NCBI GenBank assembly: GCA_040754455.1
Contig: JBFMCP010000001.1
Location: 215,720-279,719, forward strand
Origin: Nitrospirota bacterium
GTDB taxonomy: Bacteria > Nitrospirota > Thermodesulfovibrionia > Thermodesulfovibrionales > Dissulfurispiraceae
Direction of reading: 5' to 3'
Length of the DNA stretch: 64,000 nucleotides
In this document: positions 57,057-64,000 of the stretch, piece after piece
How the letters are laid out: the number at the start of each line of letters is the position of its first letter
Numbering within the stretch: the stretch's first letter is position 1
Made by a program: the position numbers and the translations under genes
Notes under the pieces: model-generated
What the model was told of the DNA's origin: nothing
Seen by the model: the letters and a program-made list of their open reading frames with translations, nothing else
Database searches by the model: none

Positions 57057-58346
57057 ATGACTCCTCCCGCCTCCAAAAAGATAGGTAAATACGAAGTCGT
57101 CCGGGAACTAGGCAGGGGAGGAATGGGCGTTGTCTACCTCGGCTTTGATCCGTACAACAACCGCCACGTCGCCATCAAGGTCGCCCTGGAAGACTCCTTC
57201 CCTGATGAGGAAAAGAAGAAGCGCTTCCAGAAGATGTTCTTCAATGAGGCCCGCATTGCAGGCATGCTCGACCACCCCAATATCCTCGCTGTCTACGATG
57301 CGGGCATCCACAACAACCAGTGCTATATTGTCATGGAGCACATCGACGGCAGCAAAACGCTGAAAGAATACTGCACTGCGGAAAACCTGCTCCCCGTTGA
57401 GAAGGTCATCGAGATCATCTTCAAATGCTGTAAGGCCCTCGATTACGCGCATCGCCTCGGCGTCATCCACCGTGACATCAAACCGAGCAATATCATGCTC
57501 ACCCGGGACCTCGATATAAAGATCGGCGATTTCGGCATCGCCCAGCGCATCAAGGGAGCGGATACCCAGACCCAATTCCTCGGCCTGATGGGATCGCCCT
57601 GCTACATGTCGCCGGAACAGGTCAAGGAAGAGACCCTCACGAACCAGACCGACCTCTTCTCCCTCGGCGTCGTCATGTATGAACTGCTGACCGGCATATC
57701 CCCCTTCCATGCGCTCAACTTCTCGAGCGTCGTCCGCAAGATACTGTTTCAGGACCCGCCTCCGCTGCGCTTTTACCGTTCTGACATTCCCAAAGCGCTC
57801 GAAGTCATCGTCATGAAGGCGCTCAGCAAGAAGACGTCGGAGCGGTATAAGACAGGAGTACAGTTCGCCACCGACCTGCGGCTGACCTATGTGAATATCA
57901 ACTATTCAGAAGTCGAGGTCGATCAGAAAGAGCGGTTCAATATTTTACGCAAGCTCGATTTCTTCAGAGAGTTCCACGATTCCGAGCTCTGGGAAGTGCT
58001 TCAAGCGGCTATTTGGAGGGAAGTGCCGCCGCGGCAGCATATCATCGCCGAAGGCAGCATCGACGAGACCTTCTACATCATCATCTCCGGGGAGGCGCTC
58101 GTAAAAAAGGGAGGAAAAGAGCTCTCCGTCTTCAGAAGCGGCGACTGTTTCGGCGAGATAAGCTATCTCACCAAGACAAAAAAGGCCGCCGACCTCATCG
58201 CTGCCGCCGACGTCGTCCTGCTGGAGTTCAACAACGCCATCATCGAGCAGCTTTCCCCCAACTGCCAGCTCCGCTTTCACAAGATATTCCTGAAAAAACT
58301 GATCGAACGACTATCAAAGACTTCCAACGCGCTCTCGGAAGTGTAA
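57057..58346 (+). CDS. Cytoplasmic Hanks-type Ser/Thr kinase with a C-terminal cNMP-binding domain
   Basis: LGRGGMG, VAIK, HRDIKPSN, DFG, YMSPEQ; C-terminal YIIISG...GDCFGEISYL. Confidence 0.9.
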   Translation: MTPPASKKIGKYEVVRELGRGGMGVVYLGFDPYNNRHVAIKVALEDSFPDEEKKKRFQKMFFNEARIAGMLDHPNILAVYDAGIHNNQCYIVMEHIDGSKTLKEYCTAENLLPVEKVIEIIFKCCKALDYAHRLGVIHRDIKPSNIMLTRDLDIKIGDFGIAQRIKGADTQTQFLGLMGSPCYMSPEQVKEETLTNQTDLFSLGVVMYELLTGISPFHALNFSSVVRKILFQDPPPLRFYRSDIPKALEVIVMKALSKKTSERYKTGVQFATDLRLTYVNINYSEVEVDQKERFNILRKLDFFREFHDSELWEVLQAAIWREVPPRQHIIAEGSIDETFYIIISGEALVKKGGKELSVFRSGDCFGEISYLTKTKKAADLIAAADVVLLEFNNAIIEQLSPNCQLRFHKIFLKKLIERLSKTSNALSEV

Positions 58347-58403
58347 TACCATGGGCAAATTGATATTTCGAAGTACTATATCCATTTTCCTCTTTCATAA
58401 TAT

Positions 58404-58631
58404 TGTAACAGCAAAGTGATAATGTCCTATAGCGGCAAAATGAAAATGTCCTATAGAAAAGCTGTCATACTGATTTTTGATGGAGGGAAGCAGTATGGCA
58501 GGAGAGGACATTATCATGGTAAGGCACAAGGAGCTAAGGCGGCTTCATGTTATTCACAAGGTACTCGGGGGTGAGATTACACAGGAGAAGGCGGCGGAGC
58601 TTGCCGGACTGAGTGAGCAACAGGTACGAAG
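58404..58631 (+). mobile_element. Left end and truncated transposase of an ISNCY/IS1202-like element
   Basis: TGT terminus followed by two 22-bp direct repeats GCAAA(G/A)TGA(T/A)AATGTCCTATAG; ORF from 58495 MAGEDII...ELRRLHVI...AAELAGLSEQQVR (HTH) is cut off. Confidence 0.7.
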
Positions 58632-58854
58632 TGATATGCCCCCGTTTTTTTGGAACGGTATAAATACGAACTTCTGGTTACTTAAAACGTATGCCCCCAC
58701 ACTTTGGAACACCATATTTACGCACCACGCCTAAAGACCTCAGAGGGCGTTTTGTTGTTGAGACTGCTATGAGGCCTTTCGGTATTATAGAAGGTTCTAT
58801 AGCGCTCTATCACCTCCTTTGTCTGCGCAGGAGTTTCAAAGAGATTTCTGTTGA
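58632..58854 (-). mobile_element. IS3-family remnant: OrfB C-terminus plus end sequences
   Basis: Minus strand 58854-58718 reads ...FETPAQTKEVIERYRTFYNTERPHSSLNNKTPSEVF; IR-like TATGCCCCC...TTTGGAAC at both 58632 and 58688. Confidence 0.75.
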
Positions 58855-59434
58855 GGGGACCTGCCCCCCGAAAACAGTGCCACTTGTAATTAGAGTGATG
58901 TCATAATACAACACTCTTTACAAGGAGGCAGTAAACAGGTGAAAAAGAGCAAGTACACGGAGGAGCAGATTATCGGTATTTTGAAGGAAGCAGATGCTGG
59001 GATACCTGTTGTAGAGCTATGTCGGAAGTACGGCTTCAGTGATGCGACGTACTACAACTGGAAAGCAAAGTACGGTGGCATGACCACCAGTGATGCAAAG
59101 AGGCTCAAAGTCCTAAAGGATGAGAACCGGAAGCTTAAGCATCTGGTAGCCGATCTCACCCTTGATAACCAGGCATTAGAATCGGTGATCTCAAAAAACT
59201 TCTAAAGCCCAAGGCTAAGAGAGAGGCAGTGCATCATATCATGGAGCGCTTTGGGCATAGTGCACGTAGAGCATGCACGGACGGTGATTGAGGAGTGGCG
59301 AATTGATTATAACCAGGAGCGGCCCCATGGCTCTCTGGGAGATCTATCGCCGAAGGAATTTATGCGACGTGAAGAGGAAAAAGTTGCTGGAATTTTCTAA
59401 TTACCAGTGGCACTATGAATGGGGGCAGGTCCCA
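58855..59434 (+). mobile_element. Internally deleted IS3-family (IS407-like) element, 580 bp
   Basis: ~38-bp TIRs GGGACCTGCCCC...AGTGCCACT.GTAATTAGA; intact orfA; A6C frameshift site; OrfB start joined to OrfB end (YNQERPHGSLG) with the DDE core missing. Confidence 0.88.
58939..59205 (+). CDS. IS3-family transposase OrfA
   Basis: KSKYTEEQIIGILKE, LCRKYGFSDATYYNWKAKYGG, ENRKLKHLVADL. Confidence 0.9.
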   Translation: MKKSKYTEEQIIGILKEADAGIPVVELCRKYGFSDATYYNWKAKYGGMTTSDAKRLKVLKDENRKLKHLVADLTLDNQALESVISKNF

Positions 59435-59583
59435 TGCTCTACAAGGACAGCCTTTAAGAGCTTTTCAACAGCCTGCTGGGCGTGATAACACGCCATCCGG
59501 TACAGGGATTTTTCGAACAGGTACTCCGCAGATTGCAAGTCTTCACCGGCAATCTTAACCCACTCTTCAGTTTCCTTTCTCAT
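59435..59583 (-). pseudogene. HEPN-domain protein truncated by the IS after ~50 codons
   Basis: MRKETEEWVKIAGEDLQSAEYLFEKSLYRMACYHAQQAVEKLLKAVL; start overlaps the MNT gene end; cut at the IS terminus. Confidence 0.82.
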
Positions 59584-59914
59584 AGATCACCTTGCCCCTT
59601 TTGAGGATATCAAGCAAAAAGGAATACCTTTCTTTTAAAAGCGAGTTATACTCGGCAGGCATATATATGAACAGGTCAATTCCTACTTTCGGCTGTATCA
59701 GCCTGAATAGCTCAATCGAACGGTCAACGGGGCGTGCGGGGGTGTCCTTGATAATAAGAAGATCAATATCACTCCATTCGTGGACTTTATCTTCCGCAAA
59801 AGAGCCGAATAGGACTATTTTTTCAGGCCGATATTCGTTGATGATGATATCTATGATCCTGCCCAGCTCTTTGTTTAATTCGTTGCGTCTTTCTTCCAAG
59901 GTAAACAGTTTCAT
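59567..59914 (-). CDS. Minimal nucleotidyltransferase (MNT)
   Basis: LFGSFA...SDIDLLII (GS-x10-DxD). Confidence 0.88.
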   Translation of the reverse strand: MKLFTLEERRNELNKELGRIIDIIINEYRPEKIVLFGSFAEDKVHEWSDIDLLIIKDTPARPVDRSIELFRLIQPKVGIDLFIYMPAEYNSLLKERYSFLLDILKRGKVIYEKGN

Positions 59915-59958
59915 CTATCGCCCTTTCTAATTTTCATGCGCCCGGCATTACGCTTTCA

Positions 59959-62900
59959 TTATAACGATTTATCGTTATACGACTCCTGATCCTCTTTCAC
60001 CTGCATCGGCTGGGTCATAGCATCGACCGAAAGGTAATAATGCGCCACCTTTATAACTTCATGCCATTCAAGCCGGGCAGGGTCTTTTATCGGCTCCTGA
60101 AGAACTGGTTCTGTAGCGCAATTTGTGACAACATAGAGCCAGTAGCAATCTCTTCTGTCTTCTGCGACTCGTCGCTCGTTGGGCGTAAGAAGAATCGTGC
60201 CTGTGGAATCCCCTATACCCTTGACCTCGATAAGCCTGAGCTCGCCTGAGTTCAAATCAAGGCTTGTGATATCGTAACCCAAGTTCTTCTCGTGGACATC
60301 ATATACCTGGCGGCCTTGAGCCTTTTCATGCTCCATGACAACCTGCATAGCAATAGCCTCGGTCTCAAGATTTGGCCTCAGTCGGCGGACCTCGGGCGTT
60401 TCTCTTTCGGGATGGGGAAGGATAAGCACACTTGCCATCCGCTCCACAGCCTGTAAGGTAAGCGAGCGCTGGCGCTCAAGTTCCTGACGCCGTCTTTCAC
60501 GGCGGGAGAGGAGCTCTGCATGCCTTATCTCGGCTTGGGCAAGGCGTCCTTCGGCACCGGGGACTTTTTGTTCCACATCCGATGCGGCCTTGCCTATTTC
60601 TTCATCTGTCCTCTGGAGTAGTTCAGTAAGAGAAAGTTCGACATGTTCCACAATACGCTCTACCTCTGCAAGGCGTTCTGAGCGAGCCTCCTCAATAAAG
60701 GGTGTAAGCGCATTCTCGTTCAGCCATGCTGAAGCCTCAGGTATTGAAGAAACCCGAGGAAGACTCTCAAGGGGCTCGGGTGCCGGAGTAAGGTTTCCGA
60801 GAATGCTCGGCTCCTGAAGCCGGGGTTCTCCGTTCTCATTTATCTCCACTGCAAAAAGCCGTTCGTGTATTACCTGCCCAATGCCATCCACAACGCGGGC
60901 ACGATAGAAGTCCAACCGTGACGGTGCATCATGCTGAAGAGAATAGAAGCACGCACCTTTTCCGAAAACTTCTTGCGCCTGCGAATAGATATGCCGTCTT
61001 ACGGCCTCAAACAGAGGATGCCCCGGTGTAACCCATTCCAGATTATGTTCTTCCGCAGTCTCCCTGTCCGTTGAGCAACGAGGATATTTATTTGCCAATG
61101 AAGGAAGCTTCCAATCGGGTTGGGTTTCGTATTTTTTCAAAGCTGAAGGGGTTCTGCCTGGCTCGAATGCATGGGGAAGATGCGGTACGGCCTTAAGGTT
61201 TAGCCCTGGAATATACCCTGAGGCCTCCCGCATAAAGCGTGCAATCGTCTCAGGCACAACGCGTCGTTCCTGTGCTCTGGCACGCCGCTCTATGAGCATT
61301 TCAAGGTTGAGTTTCTTTGAGGCAAGGCCCTCAAGGGCATTCTGGCAAATGGCCCGGAACTGTGCCTCATCAACGTTTTTAAGAAGGCGTTCTTCCAAAT
61401 CCTCATCTCCAAGACGCCCGGAATAATAGTCCCTGAGCACCCTTTCCACATGTGAGGCTGGCAGAACTTCACCTATTACATTAAATACGGTGTCATCGTC
61501 AAGGGCATCCCTTATCTCTTGAAGTTTCTCAAGTAGACGCTGAAGCACGCGGCCTTCGATCGTGTTAGTAGCCACAAAATTGAATATAAGGCAGTTCTTC
61601 TTCTGGCCATAACGATGTATGCGGCCCATGCGTTGCTCAAGACGGTTAGGGTTCCAAGGGATATCGTAGTTGAATAGGATATTACAGTACTGAAGATTAA
61701 TGCCCTCTCCAGCCGCCTCTGTCGCAACGAGAATCTGGATGTTGCCTTCCTTAAATTGCTGTTCTTCATAAAGACGGCTACCGCGTTCATCACGCGACCC
61801 GGGCTTCATGCCGCCATGAATATAGCCCACCTGAAAACCCCATGCTTTTAGGCGAGCCACAAGGTAATCAAGTGTATCCTTGAACTCCGTAAATATTAAA
61901 AGCCGTTTTTCGGGGTGGTCAAAGAACCCTTCCTTTTGCAAAAGGTCTTTGAGACGTGAAAGCTTTGCCTCAGCTTGGGCATCTTCCACAGCCTGTGCCT
62001 GAGAGGCAAGCAGATTGAGTTCTTCAATCTCTTCCCTGATTTGCTCTGCGTTCCCGGTAAGGGTTATGGCCTCTATAATCTCTTCAAGGCGCTCGCGTTC
62101 GTTTTCCTCCATCTCCTCCAATTCTTCCGGCGAAGGCAGGTCTGGAGGTGCTAAACGGCATAATTCTTGAGCACGCTTTAATCCTTCATTGAGACGTCTG
62201 GCACGGTTTTCAAGTGAGTGGCGCATTGCATAAGTGCTTGATGCAAGACGGCGCTGATAAAGGGACATAAGGAATCCCACGGCCCGGGCGCGCGGGTCAT
62301 CGCCTTGCGCTGCTGCCTTGGCACTCTGTTGCTTCACAAAACGAGTAATATTCCGGTATAGCTCAAACTCCTCTCCATCTATCTGGAAGTCAACTGTGTG
62401 AGGTATACGCTTCGTAAAGATCTTCTCGGCTGCCCATGTCCCATCTGAACGTCTCTCGGGGAAATAGACCATAGCCTCTTTTGTACGCCGGAGATAAAAG
62501 GGGGCGCGTCGACGCTCCATTGCCTCATGAATGGATTTCACATCAGCATAGGCATCCGAATCAAGGAGTTGTAAAAAAAGACTGAAGTTGACAGGGTCTC
62601 CCTTATGGGGAGTGGCAGTAAGCAAAAGGAGATGGTCCGATGTGTCACGCAAGAGCTCGCCCAGCTTGTAGCGCAGGCTCTTATGGGTTTCGTCGGACGC
62701 CGACATGCGGTGTGCCTCATCGACGATAACGAGATCCCAGTGAACCTGCCGTAGTCCGGGAAGAATGTCTGCACGTTTGGCAAGGTCAAGTGATGTGATA
62801 ACCGTATTTTGTTCAAGCCACTGGTTTACGCCGAATTGATCCCGGATGTCCTGTCCCTTTATTACCAGAAACTTCTCATCAAATTTCTCTTTGAGCTCTC

Positions 62901-63399
62901 GTTGCCACTGGAATGCAAGGTTTGCAGGACAGACAATGAGTATGCGTTCCGCAAGACCCCTGAGCCTGAGTTCCCTAATAAGCAGTCCCGCCATAATCGT
63001 CTTCCCGGCTCCTGCATCATCGGCCAAGAGAAAGCGAACACGGGCAAGCTTGAGAAGATAATCGTATATTGCCTCTAACTGGTGGGGAAGCGGATCGACG
63101 CGGGATATGGACAGTCCGAAATAGGGATCGAATTCATAGGCAATCCCGAGGGAATATGCTAGAATACCGAGACGAAGCATATTTCCATCACCAGTGTAGT
63201 CGATTTTGGAATTAATAACTGTGAGCGCCGCAATATCTTTGGAAGTGAGTGTGACTTTTCTGAAGCGCTCTGATTGAGTCCCCGCGAGCCCTGCAATCCA
63301 AGAGTCGGGACCGTTTGCCTGTAAGGTCTCAACACGTATCGGCTCATTGAAAAGTGAGCCGATAAGTATCTGACCTTCTTTGAAAGGCATATTACTCAT
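59959..63399 (-). CDS. SNF2-family helicase with a C-terminal DUF3883-like PD-(D/E)xK domain
   Basis: LLADDAGAGKT, DEAH, LTATPH, EAAGEGINLQ, WNPNRLEQRMGRIHR; C-terminal LGYDITS...IEVKG. Confidence 0.9.
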   Translation of the reverse strand: MSNMPFKEGQILIGSLFNEPIRVETLQANGPDSWIAGLAGTQSERFRKVTLTSKDIAALTVINSKIDYTGDGNMLRLGILAYSLGIAYEFDPYFGLSISRVDPLPHQLEAIYDYLLKLARVRFLLADDAGAGKTIMAGLLIRELRLRGLAERILIVCPANLAFQWQRELKEKFDEKFLVIKGQDIRDQFGVNQWLEQNTVITSLDLAKRADILPGLRQVHWDLVIVDEAHRMSASDETHKSLRYKLGELLRDTSDHLLLLTATPHKGDPVNFSLFLQLLDSDAYADVKSIHEAMERRRAPFYLRRTKEAMVYFPERRSDGTWAAEKIFTKRIPHTVDFQIDGEEFELYRNITRFVKQQSAKAAAQGDDPRARAVGFLMSLYQRRLASSTYAMRHSLENRARRLNEGLKRAQELCRLAPPDLPSPEELEEMEENERERLEEIIEAITLTGNAEQIREEIEELNLLASQAQAVEDAQAEAKLSRLKDLLQKEGFFDHPEKRLLIFTEFKDTLDYLVARLKAWGFQVGYIHGGMKPGSRDERGSRLYEEQQFKEGNIQILVATEAAGEGINLQYCNILFNYDIPWNPNRLEQRMGRIHRYGQKKNCLIFNFVATNTIEGRVLQRLLEKLQEIRDALDDDTVFNVIGEVLPASHVERVLRDYYSGRLGDEDLEERLLKNVDEAQFRAICQNALEGLASKKLNLEMLIERRARAQERRVVPETIARFMREASGYIPGLNLKAVPHLPHAFEPGRTPSALKKYETQPDWKLPSLANKYPRCSTDRETAEEHNLEWVTPGHPLFEAVRRHIYSQAQEVFGKGACFYSLQHDAPSRLDFYRARVVDGIGQVIHERLFAVEINENGEPRLQEPSILGNLTPAPEPLESLPRVSSIPEASAWLNENALTPFIEEARSERLAEVERIVEHVELSLTELLQRTDEEIGKAASDVEQKVPGAEGRLAQAEIRHAELLSRRERRRQELERQRSLTLQAVERMASVLILPHPERETPEVRRLRPNLETEAIAMQVVMEHEKAQGRQVYDVHEKNLGYDITSLDLNSGELRLIEVKGIGDSTGTILLTPNERRVAEDRRDCYWLYVVTNCATEPVLQEPIKDPARLEWHEVIKVAHYYLSVDAMTQPMQVKEDQESYNDKSL

Positions 63400-63605
63400 C
63401 TGGATTTATCCCTGCTGGTTTTCTTATCCAGTCTTTCCTTCACCTCAAGTAGTCGGCGAAGCAGAAACGGTTGAGAAACCCTCTTACCGTTTTCCCAATG
63501 GTTTACCGTACTATATGTAACACCAATTTCCTGAGCAAACTGCTCCTGAGTTAGATTCAGCTGGCGGCGGAGATACTTTATGAGTTCGGAGATATTCTCA
63601 GTCAT
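63396..63605 (-). CDS. XRE-family helix-turn-helix regulator
   Basis: LRRQLNLTQEQFAQEIGVTYSTVNHWENG; stop overlaps the helicase start (ATGA). Confidence 0.88.
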   Translation of the reverse strand: MTENISELIKYLRRQLNLTQEQFAQEIGVTYSTVNHWENGKRVSQPFLLRRLLEVKERLDKKTSRDKSR

Positions 63606-63644
63606 CCGAATTTTATAGGATTCTCCAAATAAAGGCTTAAAACG

Positions 63645-63672
63645 TATGTAATACGATATGATAGGTTACATA
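63645..63672. promoter_or_regulatory. Candidate operator for the XRE regulator
   Basis: Inverted repeat TATGTAA-N14-TTACATA 40 bp upstream of the XRE start, overlapping a TTGATT-N18-TATCGT promoter-like element on the minus strand. Confidence 0.45.
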
Positions 63673-63772
63673 TGGAAATCAACATTTATTTTCATCCATT
63701 TGGTACGTTAAAAGCTGAGTATAAAACTAAGCCGCAACCGGCTTTTTAATGGGTAGCCCCAACATATAGTGG

Positions 63773-64000
63773 TTAAGCTCCTCTGAAGCATAGCGTTGGA
63801 TTAACTGGAGGCTTGGGGAATAGGTCCAGGCCACCGCAATGAAAATAAATGGCAGTTCGATAACGGGAACGATGATGAAAATAGTTTCTCATATGAGACT
63901 CATACCGATAGTCCCACAGATGACGCAGATTCTCCTTGATTGCCCATGCCCGGCACACCTTCAGGTCTTGTGCACGCAATGCCTCAAACTCTTGCCGCCG
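63773..64000 (-). mobile_element. ISL3-family transposase 3' remnant (runs off the window)
   Basis: LKVCRAWAIKENLRHLWDY and YRTAIYFHCGGLDLFP are characteristic ISL3 segments, abutted with the intervening part missing. Confidence 0.75.

Noticed and set aside
58380..58410. dif/Xer site next to the IS1202-like end
   Set aside because: Only CATAA resembles an XerC arm; no XerD arm at the right spacing.
63757..63772. NrdR-box-like CCCCAACATATAGTGG
   Set aside because: Single copy, abuts an IS remnant, and no ribonucleotide reductase gene is nearby.

Overview
Bacterial chromosomal window. Gene content and order suggest an anaerobic diderm, probably Nitrospirota/Thermodesulfovibrionia-like (inference only). 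Positions 1-58.3 kb are mostly core metabolism: trxB end, pyrE, mqnB, ilvB, nadB, pyk, pheA-hisC-aroF...tyrA-aroA, mtnP-apt-cmk-ispH-rpsA-sppA-ihfB, dppDF, lysA-dapF-dapA-tlpA, aconitase, tRNA-Lys, tRNA-Glu, ilvA, nifUS and lpxK. The aromatic amino-acid cluster is interrupted by a ~17-kb block (iorA/iorB, 2x paaK, 2x ACT, paaI, second hisC and aroF, liv transporter, outer-membrane porin, solo DUF262) that looks like an aryl-acid uptake and salvage module. From ~58.4 kb the window is a decayed accessory island: nested IS remnants, a truncated HEPN with an intact MNT, XRE plus SNF2-helicase-DUF3883, and an ISL3 remnant. The most notable observations are: (1) a DapF-PilZ fusion; (2) a dense family of 7/8-mer tandem-repeat hairpin elements, several recruited in frame into proteins, including the TlpA signal anchor; (3) a 155-bp structured repeat in two full copies and one collapsed copy, with compensatory base changes; (4) a CHASE2-PP2C / FHA-FHA / kinase-cNMP cassette; (5) a Clp1-like polynucleotide kinase. 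All calls come from motif reading by eye; no database searches were run.
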